A DNA stretch of 64,000 nucleotides from Paramoeba atlantica (lineage: Eukaryota; Protista; Discosea), in contig CDRNVI010000040.1 in NCBI GenBank assembly GCA_977017575.1, positions 434,001 through 498,000 on the forward strand, written 5' to 3'. Each line of letters opens with the position of its first letter. The stretch's first letter is position 1. Position numbers and translations under genes: made by a program. Of the stretch, positions 32,501 through 43,068 are shown in pieces. Below the pieces are notes generated by a model that was given only the letters and a program-made list of their open reading frames with translations, searched no databases and was not told the DNA's origin.

Positions 32501-34835
32501 GCTACAGGATTTGTTTCCAAACTTTTTTCACGATCATTTGCTGTGTGCTTATGCTTGTCAAGCACTTGAAAGGCTGCGACTACTTTCATCTTTTAGTTTG
32601 CTCTCAGCAGAAGATCCATTAATAGTACAGCTCCGCGGATTGCTCTGTCATCGAACGAGCAAGATTCACAATTGGCTTATGATGGCTGATTGTGTAATGA
32701 GTGCCATCGGCACGCTGTGTAATTCTCCCAGGGAAGCCTTCTCTTATGCTGTGATGGTCCTGCGTAATCGTGCACAATCTGATTTAAAACAGTGGCAGGA
32801 TCAAATTAAAAATGATCCAAAGGCACATATACCTGGTCGAGCAATTAATTCCTTAACTCAGTTCTGTTTTGCTCTTGGTCACGCCGCACTAAAGGAATTT
32901 GTATATGTAGACAACTGGGAGCGTACGGCGATGCACAAATTAGAGAAGTCGCAGAACGACAGCAAACACCGCAATGCTAACGAAGGTTCTGATGCAATGC
33001 AAAAAGAATTGGGCTTTGATAGCAAGGAGTACAAACGCGAAGAAATACGGGAACAGGCAGATGCGGCACGCACGAGTCTTATGGATGCAACAGGGTTATA
33101 TGCACCTTACCTTGCAGTAGTTTTGCATTGGGTAGGAGATTCGACGTCTTTTACCAAGTTGTTACCTGAAAATACTCTCGATCCAGGAGATTCTGTATCC
33201 GGATTTTTGGATACAGAAATCATTGAAAATTCTACACTACGGGCGACTGCAATGTTGACTTTATCAAAACTAATGATTATTGATGAGAAAACGTGTCGAA
33301 AATATATTGACGTACTGTTTACTGTTTTGAAGGGCTCATCTGAATGGTGGATTCGGACGAACTGTCTTATTAGTTTAGGGGATCTGCTGTGTTGTCATCC
33401 GAACCTTGTCCAACCGTATCTGCATCCTTCGAAAGGCCACCTTACGTCTTTGTTTCGAGAAGGGACGAACCGTCGGGTGCGGTCAACCACTGTCATGGTT
33501 TGTACTCACCTTGCTTTAAACGATATGCTTCGCGTTCCTGAAATGACACCTCATCTTCTTGTCCTGATTGCTGATGACGATATCGAGATTAGGAAAATGG
33601 GCGAAGTGTTCTTACGCGAGCTGCATAATAAAAACAAGCGTCTTATTTATAATCTTCTTCCCAGCATTTGTATGCATCTCTGCACAAAGTTTCGTACTGC
33701 GGAGCATAAGTTTCAGGTTGTGATGCGTTGTGTCATTGAAAAAATTGAAAAAGACAGACAAACTGAAAGTTCTATAGAGAAACTGTGTCAAAGATTTCCT
33801 ACCATAGGATCTAATGGCATAGCCCAATCGGCCCGTATAAATGCAAAATATCTGAGCTTTTGCTTAACAGAGTTCAATTATCAAAGTGACAAAGCAATAC
33901 AGAAGATTGTAAGTGATGCGTGCTTTACTTGTTATAAAAAGTGGCTTTTCGACGAACAGGTGCGCCAGCACTTCTTTTCTATATTAGCCAAGTCTCGGAA
34001 AGGATTTGCAGCGTCTACGAGTAGCGGCCAGGCGGCGGAAGAGAGCACTGATGCAGCGAAATCTAATACGTGGGAGAAAAGAGGACGTACCGCTATGTTG
34101 GAAGAATGGGAAACCAAATTGTCAGCATCCGTTGCATCTTATTCTGAAGTACCTAATGCGGAAGTGGATGTCTCCTCTAGTATAGAGTTGGGAACTGCAT
34201 CGGAAGCTGCTGATGATAACGAACAAGAGCCAAAAAACAAAGAATTCTCTAGGACAGCACAATTAAAGGAAGCAGAATGCAGCGTTATGCTTGGAGGACG
34301 CAGCGAAATATGGCGCGAACACGATACCCACAGCGCAAGTAGTGAAATAGATACTTCGCAAGAATCTTTACCAAAGCGAAGGTTGACCCGTCGCCCAACT
34401 CAGCATCGCGCAGCCACCATTAAGCCTAGAAGTATTTCCGTTGATCCTAGCTTGGCGCTCCCCTTTCCGAGGAGGGAAACCAACTTTCGAAGTGCAGAGA
34501 AAAATGTAAAAAAAAGTATAAAGTCTCGTAAAGGGCGAAGAAGCTATTTTTCGTCATCTAGTGATCATGAAACTGAGTCCTCTCATGCGCACGAGTCGAA
34601 TCCTGCATTGCCTAACGTTTCATCTCCTAAATCGTCACCAAATCCTATGCGGCGTAGTGCACGGATTGCCGCTCGTAGTGCGAAGACAACTGGACATTTG
34701 TCTTCAACATCTGATGAGTCCGAATCACTAACATCAGAATGTCAGTCTGAAAGCAGTTGTACAACTCGTATGACTCCTAGAAGAGTGAACAAAAAGCGCA
34801 CCAGTTGGTCCAGCAAGAAACGCCGCAAGCGGTAA
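29541..34835 (+). CDS. NCAPD2: Condensin I HEAT subunit CAP-D2/Cnd1
   Basis: C-terminal Cnd1 motifs LSKLMIIDE..C, IRTNCLISLGDL...HPNL, THLALNDML.V and IYNLLP; also RFMDINP.VR..CL.VW and VQRLADR...VRKAA. Confidence 0.88.
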   Translation: MIHHPPEIKTSEDGVGSEFFIPRRLEDLEVEDPDRRLPNVYYVDGIMEVDTMSASEQISTLQAILHELNRRDGGGVLSVVQSGKFDTLYSFLRHKKCLSRECKVTLSHELPQLLTRLCKQVAQVISRARASSGGLRGLNSRFYILARSALKMYCFLLSQVLLLVEDTTVPADGTGDDALASQVSSQRSFASSRKRGRAAHQRAAQEVSAVIDLSTKEMALTALQELLSSDLTAVWSGGSISEQETPIQASSSTEGSGHIEESMLNCLLTVCIAVLLRKGNLFDFSGAGGAGELTAVGQVLHLLLAALAYHYTKLKDREWPKLIDQDVDVPLQECGSQNSSVSELKGNDPKWDEECSKTSEDSFTEKNTLFRYLRMCSVHRDVRDIVITPLCELILKYDFVAQYMATFLHVMDRDFVSSDDEIIKLEVLLSECTNPEKTYMRPWAKRIVYAFIEQLTGYCGVESGVNLQKPPATNVCDSVSSSAPDLNSCENIHMNSNATPEDMSTKIPMNKEPTIIHYVSNSVLNMDSATAKNIVLFFDYLSENHITTVTEHISLIHPLLNACENYDIRKTVMTAITELVAQKHGTEGPSLLLRSSSVSTYNRSASVAFGGSILLQDGTESDTCSLNVIMKSFLADLLARFMDINPVVRTHCLKVWSYLWERRSVPLTYQLQVVECAVQRLADRNNHVRKAAFSLLHIAVRRNSVGGRCLSLGKFEEKLRIIEEEIQRIQANIYELVGTESNTKPSENICSPEVFTGQPNELSDSLDIVASSTQNMEIRKLEQLKSDSTNKIEHYKRGILFIGSLHRAVDTAFSLLNSKVVLDVLESIDFISLANEYRIDYAVEHAHHVFPLVYSNEPQIQEAVRISFANTMFLNYRKQTNIPLLKRNLACVRKLMSVVSRAGEGFLAAMETICQQLPEQSTTQNVITDDLLGTLWSLALSKRFDNIGEATSNNQVSEIIENQKSMRLFAMISYAYPKGVRERIPDMLQDLFPNFFHDHLLCAYACQALERLRLLSSFSLLSAEDPLIVQLRGLLCHRTSKIHNWLMMADCVMSAIGTLCNSPREAFSYAVMVLRNRAQSDLKQWQDQIKNDPKAHIPGRAINSLTQFCFALGHAALKEFVYVDNWERTAMHKLEKSQNDSKHRNANEGSDAMQKELGFDSKEYKREEIREQADAARTSLMDATGLYAPYLAVVLHWVGDSTSFTKLLPENTLDPGDSVSGFLDTEIIENSTLRATAMLTLSKLMIIDEKTCRKYIDVLFTVLKGSSEWWIRTNCLISLGDLLCCHPNLVQPYLHPSKGHLTSLFREGTNRRVRSTTVMVCTHLALNDMLRVPEMTPHLLVLIADDDIEIRKMGEVFLRELHNKNKRLIYNLLPSICMHLCTKFRTAEHKFQVVMRCVIEKIEKDRQTESSIEKLCQRFPTIGSNGIAQSARINAKYLSFCLTEFNYQSDKAIQKIVSDACFTCYKKWLFDEQVRQHFFSILAKSRKGFAASTSSGQAAEESTDAAKSNTWEKRGRTAMLEEWETKLSASVASYSEVPNAEVDVSSSIELGTASEAADDNEQEPKNKEFSRTAQLKEAECSVMLGGRSEIWREHDTHSASSEIDTSQESLPKRRLTRRPTQHRAATIKPRSISVDPSLALPFPRRETNFRSAEKNVKKSIKSRKGRRSYFSSSSDHETESSHAHESNPALPNVSSPKSSPNPMRRSARIAARSAKTTGHLSSTSDESESLTSECQSESSCTTRMTPRRVNKKRTSWSSKKRRKR

Positions 34836-35222
34836 GGCACTTCCCAAAATGTGCTGGACAATAGAAAATAATGATTTTTAGTAGCTTGTAAACTTTTAGT
34901 TTTGTGCATATTTTATTGAAAATGTCACCATCACATAACATAGATTTCTAAATTAGTTGACCTCAAAATTAAGTGCATTTCATTTTGTTACACTTACACC
35001 AAGTTTCTTTCTGAATGTGTGCGTCTGCGAATGAACAAGATCTATTCATCCGCAAATTAATTCATTCACCCGCGAATTAGCAAACATATTTAGTCTATCT
35101 GGATCTTACAAGCATTTATCTAGGTTTGTCTAAGATGGATTTTTATCTATTGGTATTTATTTAGAAGCGGATACTCAATAAATATATCCTCTATAGAGTT
35201 AGTAAATTATTTATATCATCGA

Positions 35223-36032
35223 ATGAACACGATTGTAGTTTTAGTGACAACTTTTTTTGCTGTCAAAGATTGCAGTTGTAGCGACGAACCACTGGAAGTT
35301 CGTCGAGGAAAGGTAAACCGGGAGTGCCTTTCTCAAGATACACTGATGTGGCAACTTACGGAGCAACTGGTTGTTCGTCATGCTTCTTGGATTTTATTTA
35401 AAAACAGTTTTATTGGTGGTCTGTTGAAAACTCCAAGAAAACCAGTTTCAGTGTGCACTTGGCAGGGTGTATTCTGCGACAAAGAGATGAATGTAGTTAG
35501 CATTGATTGGAGAGCTGAGTTACTGCGGTTTTCTCTGAAAGGGAACATTAGTTTTCCAGACCTTCCTAGGCATCTAGATAAGCTTGTTGTCACTGATCAC
35601 GTTGCTCTTACGGGTGAAATTCCTACGCGTTCGCTACCATCTTCTCTTCGACACATAAACACATACCATAATATATTTTTTGGTTCTTTGCAGCTTTCCA
35701 CACTTCCCGAAGGCCTGGAAATTCTTAACGGAAATCACAATCGCTTTTCCGGCCATCTTGATCTTTGTCATTTACCTCATACAATTCGTCGCATTTTGCT
35801 TAATCATAACCGATTTTCAGGTACCATTACTGTTGATGCACTGCCTCCCCGGATTGAGCTATTGTGGCTTCATGCGAACTTGATTGCGGGAACAGTGGAC
35901 CTATCTCCTCTACAGAGCGATCAGCTAAAGGACATAAATCTCCGCTTGGGACAAAATCCCTTAAAAATTCTTGAAGGATCCATTAGCAGTGATGCACTGG
36001 AAAAAATACTACGAGGGAGCCAAGTTTTTTAA
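35223..36032 (+). CDS. Short LRR protein with a signal-peptide-like N-terminus
   Basis: CTWQGVFC cap and LP..L..L....N.F.G.LDL repeats. Confidence 0.85.
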   Translation: MNTIVVLVTTFFAVKDCSCSDEPLEVRRGKVNRECLSQDTLMWQLTEQLVVRHASWILFKNSFIGGLLKTPRKPVSVCTWQGVFCDKEMNVVSIDWRAELLRFSLKGNISFPDLPRHLDKLVVTDHVALTGEIPTRSLPSSLRHINTYHNIFFGSLQLSTLPEGLEILNGNHNRFSGHLDLCHLPHTIRRILLNHNRFSGTITVDALPPRIELLWLHANLIAGTVDLSPLQSDQLKDINLRLGQNPLKILEGSISSDALEKILRGSQVF

Positions 36033-36433
36033 TCTTTTGGTTTTTTAAATGTGCGCATCATTTCAATATACTGGGCGTTTTTTCGGGCAGCGCGAATACG
36101 TGAGACGATCGAAAAGATTATAAAAACCGCACAGTCATAAAGGCAGACATCGTCAAGTTATTGCAGATCTGAAATGAAAATCATATTAGTACATGTAGGA
36201 GTACATGTAAAAGAAACATGTAAAAAAGAAGTCATGGTAGGCCGAGAAAACATACTAAAAAAATAAAGAAGAACGAAAATGACATGCAAAACTTTTTGCA
36301 TAGGTATCCATAGGCCCCAGTTAAGGGCTCATTTTATACAGTCAGCAAAAAAACCGTTCGAATGTTTCGATTTCTTTTTCTTTTGTATGGAGCCATTGAT
36401 TAAATATCACCGTTGCGCTGGTAATGTGTGCTA

Positions 36434-37330
36434 GTAGTGTAGGCATGAGTGTCACCTAATAGTACCCGTAGATAGTTCACCTCAGTTCGCTCTACCAAAG
36501 AAATAAGAATGAATATAAAAAAGTTTAGCATTCGAAAGGTTTTTTTGCTACCTATTATAGAGAAAATCTTGTCCCAAAAAATAGATGAAACGTAATGGCC
36601 CAAGAGAGATTATGCCCGTAAAATTAGTATTTAGTATTCCCCCCACGAGCCTTCAGCACTGCCATCATACGGCAGGCATACTGTCCACCTGGGCACGACA
36701 TACGGAGGGTGGTATGTTCGCCCATTCCATTTTTACCCTCTCCCACAACTCTCGGACCCCGCTTGGTGGATCATCGTGCGCTACAAGGCACCGCTTGAGT
36801 TCCCCCCAAACGTTTTCGATTGGATTTAAGTCAGGGGACTGCGGGGGCCACCGCAGGACTTCAATCCAGGTGCCCCGAAGGTGCCGTTGCGCACAATGGC
36901 CTGTGTGCTTGGGGTCATTATCTTGTTGGAAGATGACCTTTGGGGGGTCTAGACCCATAGTTTCGATGGAGGGGGGAAAGATTCTCTTCAAGAATCTCGA
37001 CGTACTGCGTGGCATTCAGGTTCCCTTGAACTAGACGCACATGCCCCACACCGCTTCGAGACATGCACGCCCAAATCATGATGTGCCCCCCTCCGTACTT
37101 CACCGTGGGAATTACTCCTTTTTCACCCAGTTCCTCCCCCGGGGTCCCCCATGTCCAAAGACTTCCCCCCGTTTCAAAGCGCGAGATCTTCGTCTCGTCC
37201 GACCACACAACTGGAGCCCAGTCGTGCACTGTCCAGTGCTCATGGGCCGTGGCTTGCGGACACGCTTTCTACCTTTGTGTCCGAAGCGGTGCATCGAAAC
37301 TAGATGGATAGACTGGTGTGGGCCTCATAT
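36434..37330 (-). mobile_element. Tc1 DD34E transposon, frameshifted and 5-prime truncated
   Basis: Motifs VVWSDETK, IWACMS, QQDNDPKH and WPPQSPDLNPIE (D-34-E). One end, TA|GTAGTGTAGGC, is the same as that of the 24946 element. The other end was not found, so that coordinate is approximate. Confidence 0.85.
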
Positions 37331-37925
37331 AAAAGCTCAAAGTGCTTTTACAGCTCAAAATGCTTTTATAGCTTGAAAAATGAATACGTCTGCATATAGT
37401 GCACTTTTTTCTTTCAGTTTTCGAAGCTACCTTCGCACTTAATGAAGAGAACTGAAGAAATGAGATGAAAAGAACTGAAGAAGCCCCCTAAATGTGGGGC
37501 TGCGCGTCGAGGTTTCTGTGAGGTTTCGGTACATTTTCGCCTATGGAAGGGTAACTTCCTCTAAAGTTTACAGTAACTTTTGTATACACGCTGTGTATTG
37601 TGTAGTGTATACACGCTTTCAATGATGATACGCAATCCGACGATGACCTTTCTACCTCGACCATGATTACATTTTTCATGTCTGATATATCTGTTTTTGT
37701 TGAAGTAATTATAGCATAATAGAATTATGTCTTTGAGCAGGATTTATCTGGAAACGGGAAAATGGACGATGTTCATCACCTCCAGGAGAAAATAAATACA
37801 ATAACGTAGAAAAGGGAAATAGAAACAGTCCCTTCGGATGCTCCTTTGTTTATTGAATGTAGTATATTCAATGCACTACTGTTCTACGGCACTGTACTAT
37901 ATCATCAACTATACTCATAGTAGTC

Positions 37926-40118
37926 ATTGCGGTGGTTGTATAACTACCGCTCTACCCTCGATTATTGAAAAAAAAGTGAACAAAAACAGTGAAAATATAA
38001 AGAGGAACACAGTAATAAACCCCGCGTCATGAAAAGTGACCCCCCACTTTTTTTTCGTACAAGTGTCCGTTTGAGCTGATTTTTGTTGCATTTTGCAGAT
38101 CTCAACACAAAGACTTTGCGCGAGAAGGAATGAAACTAAAAGAAGCGAATACGTATATTTAATTGAGGAATTACCATTTTTTCACTTTTTCGCCTTTCAA
38201 TCTTATACACTCCTTAAGGCGTGAGTCAAAGCTTCAGACCGTTTTGTCGATCACATTTTGAGACAAGCGAGACCACGCTTTGCGTACACATCGGATGAGT
38301 GAAGGCTTATCCGATGGGGTCTGTTCGTCCACCGCCCCTTGGACCATAGACCAGACGTTTTCTATTGGGGAAAGATCTGGTGAGTTGGGGGGCCAATTTT
38401 TCAGAAGTTCACTCATTGCGCTTTCAACGTACTCCTTTGAGGCACGAGCAGTGTGTGCCGTTGCCCCATCTTGCTGAAAAATACGATTAGGGGGGAAATC
38501 TACCTCTTTTAATGTTTCTATGTACGTCTCACTTGTAATAGATGTGTCATTTTGTAGAATTACCAAGTACCTCCACCCCACCCCTACAGCACCCCAAACT
38601 TGGCATCTTGGTGCCCAACGTACTTTTTGACGCGGGGCTGCTTTTTGACCGCGCCTTACCCACATTTTTCTTCTGCCATCATTCGTATCAAATATTTTTT
38701 CGTCTGTAATGATGACACGGGAAGTATCCATATTGTAATTCAACGCAAATTGAACTCTTTTTACTTTTTGTCGTTCGGTAAGCCCTTGGCATAGAGGTCG
38801 AGCGGCTTCAATTGGGCTGCTATGCGCCTTGATGAATTGAGTCTCGGTACTCCAGCGGGGTCAAGAGGGGTTATTATCTTCTCAATTTTCGTTTTACGAG
38901 TTTTCATTATTTTTTTTCGCTCAGGACTCAAAGTGTATACTGGGGTAGTTTTTCTTTCGTTCAAATATTTTTTAACTATCCTTCTAGAAACGTTGAAATC
39001 ACGGGCTAGCTCTTTTATTGGTACTCCTTGTCCGTGCCTCATCTTTAAAAGAACCTTTCCACTAGAAGTCAGCCCCCCTCTTGGGAGTCGATATGGTGAT
39101 TTTGGCATTTTTGAAAAAAAAGTTGAAAAAATTAATTTTTTTTTTTACTGAATTTTAAAGTTTTAAAATGAGCTAAAAACAGCGGGAACGTACAGATCTC
39201 AAAATTTTGAACGACAACGTGGTATGATAACCCCCCCACGACCACCTGTGCTAAAAATAAGGGTGGTCACTTATTGGTGACGCGGGGTTTATAATAGAAG
39301 AAAAATTTATAAAAGGGGGCTCCGGTGGTCCAAAATTGAAAAAAAAATTGAAAAAAATGGGGGGTCCAGGGGGGTGTCATGGTCAAGCAAATTTTTTTGA
39401 AAAAATTATTTTTCGAAAAAAAAACCGCAGAAGGGGTAGTCAAAAAATTAGTTTTCGAAAAGAAACCGCAGAAGGGGTAGCCGGGGTCTTGGCGCGCATT
39501 TTCCACCCCCCTACCCGGGGGTGACCCCCCCGCGTATCCGCAGGACGGGTCCGCCAAGTTCGGATTTTTTCGGAATTTTTTTTTAAAAAAGAAGTTCAAC
39601 TTGGCGAAAAGAATTGCAAAAAAAACAATCCAAAATCGTTTCCCCTATTGTATTTTGAGAGTTTGAGACCTGTACTAGCTTTCTCTGCAGTTGTTTTCGC
39701 AAGATATCCCTTCTTCGAGCCGTGGTACGCCCCTCAAAATGACCCATTTTTGACTAAAAAAGGCGAAAAAGTATTTTTCGGACCCCAAGGGGCCTTTTTG
39801 TGTCGAAAGAATGGTGTGGTTGGAGTCGTATTCTCTACCCAATACGTTCGGTAGGCTTTTATTCATGCCTACGAGTAATTTCCCACGCGCAAATGTCGGA
39901 TTTAGTGTTCTGAGAGCAGAAATACCTAAAATTAGCCCCACTTTTGCCTGAAAATGGGCTATTTTTGGCTATGATCTTTCCGTTTTGTCGAGCTTTCCAG
40001 GTCAATTTTCTTTTTTAGGCTCTTCGTTAAACGCGGTGGTAGTTTTCAACGCGAAGCGCGCAGCATGAGTGACTGCTAAGTTGAAAACAACCACCGCGTT
40101 TAACGAAGAGTCTAAAAA
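37926..40118 (-). mobile_element. Family A copy 4, complete with both hairpins, interrupted by a DD35E transposon
   Basis: Large hairpin at 40012-40118; body inverted relative to copy 1; 3-prime end ATTGCGGTGGTTG on + at 37926. Confidence 0.82.
38018..39289 (-). mobile_element. IS630/Tc1-like DD35E transposon, 1272 bp, defective
   Basis: TIRs AACCCCGCGTCA...AAGTGACC.CCC. The TA duplication is confirmed by the empty site CTTCTATTA-TA-TTACTGTG in family A copies 1 and 2. Motifs ITDEK, QQDGATAH and WPPNSPDLSPIE (D-35-E). An internal deletion causes a frameshift near 38790, and there is a premature TGA at 38234. Confidence 0.93.
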
Positions 40119-40320
40119 GTTCTGGCGTACCATAGTGGTCCTTCTTTAACAGTAATTTTTATCAGTAACTCTTTATTACTAGTTGTATAAATAACTAGAA
40201 GAATTGCGAATCACTGTATTTTTCTTCGCGAACGTAGTTTCTCTATCGCAACAACTATGAGCTGCTATAATAGAGAAACTGGGTTACGCAATGCGTGTAA
40301 TTTCTTAGAGGAACTTTAAA

Positions 40321-40551
40321 TTTCTTACCTATATCTCACTCGGTCTATAATCAACTAATTTACTACTAAACCTTTGATACAGCTTTTGTTGCTTGTAATC
40401 TATTAGGTCAGCTTCTAATGATGAGAAACCTTGAATCTCTTTTGATAGTTTACATGACACTCATAACAGGTAACCCCGTGACTGATACCTCAATTTTTCA
40501 GTGTAAATAGGGATTGGTGCTTCGTATCAGGAATTGTTTCTTTGCAACTAA
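40321..40551. repeat. Dispersed repeat of about 230 bp, copy 1
   Basis: Direct homology to 54439-54667, for example CTCACTCGGTCTATA and ACAGGTAACCCCGTGACTGA. Confidence 0.9.
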
Positions 40552-40829
40552 CGCATCTCATGAACATACATATTCATTGGACTTCAAAATACCGGGTAAT
40601 CACTAAGCATCTACATGATTTTATAACATTCGTTAATAGTTTACTTTTTTAAGCTTGTTTTTAAGCATATTGTTAGCAGGAAGCTTGTTTATTTATGAAT
40701 AGAACTCGACATGCATAACTTAGAATTGTTAATAATAATTTAACTAGAATTTAATAAATAGTTTGTTTCGTAAATCCTTCACCTTTACGGACTCTATACA
40801 ATAATTTCTTTCCTTTTTTATAGAATAGC

Positions 40830-42494
40830 ATGGTCAAGCACAGTAAACTTGCAGTTTTTGCCGGTGTTATTGCAGGAAGCGGATTGGCGTACTGGGTCTG
40901 GAGAAGAATTCGTCGAACTCGGAACGCGGACGTTGACGTGATACATTTTCAAAAAGTTTCTACTTTGGACATTCCAAAAAAAACAAATAATGAAAATGTG
41001 GGAAAGAAAGCTGAAAAATCTGAATTCAAAGTTTCACCAGTGTCCGGGAGCGATCGAATAGAAAGCACACTTGCTCATCAAAGTCGTGAAGGCGTGTTTG
41101 TGTATGATCATTTGGGAGCTGTTTTGCGGCTGCCTCCGTCATGGAAAGTAGCTGAGGATGTTTCCCCTGTCCCTAATGTGGCAATGATTACATTGAAACA
41201 CACAGATCATATTTCAAACGACACCCCAGGAGCAGCGCCAATAGTTGTTTTGAGCGTGGAAGACACGAGTCTTGTAGGTCAAGACTTACATGAATTTAAA
41301 GAAACGAGTAAGGCAAACGCAATGCAACAAATGTATGCAATGACACAAGGAATGGTCCCACCTCAAGTCGTGTTTGATGGGCCAGAAAACAACGGGCCAT
41401 TTAAAATGACTCTTCAGTACAATATGATGGCACCTTTTATGCAAATGAAAGTTGTAAATTTTTTGACATTGGAGAATGACTTGGCGTACGTGCTTCAGTT
41501 CATGGGAAGTCCTGATGTGTACGAAAAGTATGAGAAGGACGTACGTGACATTGCTCGACAATTTCAAATAAATAAACTACCGTATACAGGGCCGTCGAGT
41601 TCTACTATTGTCTCAAGCTCAAGTGGGGCATTTACAATATCTCTCCCTGTATCATGGATACTATTGTCCATTGCAAAATCACCAACTGAGCTACTAGAGG
41701 CGGAAACACCGTCACCAAATAAGACTGAAAGAGTCGAGCTTCTAAAACCAGCGGACGGAGGCATGTGGTCACAGGAAAAGCTTCTTCACATTGCGAAAGA
41801 GAATCGTGGAACGTCCTTCTCAATGACTCAAAAAGATGATATACTAACTGCAACGTACAAAAATGTCGGAGGTCACCATGTGTGTCTCATTGCCACTGGT
41901 GCTTTTTGTTTAAGGGTTTCTCCGCTAAAATCTAAAAAGTCCATATTAAAGGAGTCAGAACTGGAGAAAATAGTACGAAGCATCACTTCCAGTGCTACAC
42001 ACGACGAGATCACTTATCACAATCGTCGAAACCGATACAGATTTTCTGTGAAACTTAAGAGCCGTCTTGTTGAGTCTCGAATTGGGGACAATGCGATCAC
42101 AATGGCGCCGGAGGGAATGGAACCCGGAAGCGCTGCAACCGAGGCTACTCCTATTTTTACCGTACGGTGTGGTGATCCTTCTAGCGACAAAGATTGTGAG
42201 CCTACATTAGAGCAGTGGCTGGATCGACTCCAGCAAGAAGCAGCTCGATCAGAGGTTAGAATTTCAGATCTAAAAATGGATAAGCTCTGTGGACATGACT
42301 GTGTAACGTTCTCACAGCAAGAGGCGCAGGAGATAGGAAGCGGTTCCAAGGAGGAGCATCAAGCACGGATAGTTGTCTTTGTGGAGGACGGAAAAACTTA
42401 CATGCTCCGGTGGGAAACTCCTTCATTAGTATGGAGCAAGTTTGAGGGCAAATTCCAAGATCTCTTAAGCACGTTTCACATAGTCAGCGCTTAG
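40830..42494 (+). CDS. Hypothetical signal-anchored protein, possibly with PsbP/Mog1/DcrB-like domains
   Basis: N-terminal TM segment LAVFAGVIAGSGLAYWVWRR. Segments G.....P..W.V and Y.h.h......+.K+...F..h...F.I recur. The fold call is tentative. Confidence 0.7.
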   Translation: MVKHSKLAVFAGVIAGSGLAYWVWRRIRRTRNADVDVIHFQKVSTLDIPKKTNNENVGKKAEKSEFKVSPVSGSDRIESTLAHQSREGVFVYDHLGAVLRLPPSWKVAEDVSPVPNVAMITLKHTDHISNDTPGAAPIVVLSVEDTSLVGQDLHEFKETSKANAMQQMYAMTQGMVPPQVVFDGPENNGPFKMTLQYNMMAPFMQMKVVNFLTLENDLAYVLQFMGSPDVYEKYEKDVRDIARQFQINKLPYTGPSSSTIVSSSSGAFTISLPVSWILLSIAKSPTELLEAETPSPNKTERVELLKPADGGMWSQEKLLHIAKENRGTSFSMTQKDDILTATYKNVGGHHVCLIATGAFCLRVSPLKSKKSILKESELEKIVRSITSSATHDEITYHNRRNRYRFSVKLKSRLVESRIGDNAITMAPEGMEPGSAATEATPIFTVRCGDPSSDKDCEPTLEQWLDRLQQEAARSEVRISDLKMDKLCGHDCVTFSQQEAQEIGSGSKEEHQARIVVFVEDGKTYMLRWETPSLVWSKFEGKFQDLLSTFHIVSA

Positions 42495-43068
42495 CTTTGT
42501 AACTGATATAAATTTCAAGGTAGGTAAAGATTTTACTGTGTTTAACTAGTTAAACGAAGTGCATCTTTTCCGTTGCTTTGGGCGAGTCCTGTTTTAGTAA
42601 ATGATCACGTTTCTAAGTGCTTGTCAAGTTTTTTAGTTCTTACGTACACACTAGATATGTAAACTTACTATGAGAACTACTAGTAAAAAAAACTAGTATC
42701 TGTTTCATTATTTTTTAATGGTACGTTTGACTCCAATTTGGTCAGGATATTTTACGTTTTTTGCACATCAAAGCATGTTCCAGCCTACAAAGGTTTCTGA
42801 ATGTAGAAAACGCATAAAAACTAGTGTAAAACTATAAATAGAGAATATGGGAATTCTGTATGCTAGTATTGCACAATGCTATTATTGTATTTACTTACGG
42901 TACGCGGTACATTACTGTATGTAGTACTGTATGTGATGTATTTAAACTAAATTTCTAAATCATGATGCAACTTTTCTTTATTCTGTGCACTGTTAGCTAC
43001 AAAATTCTCCGTAAGTTTCCAGTGAAAGTTTATTTCAAAAAAAAGAAATTTTGAGAAGGCTTGAGTTT

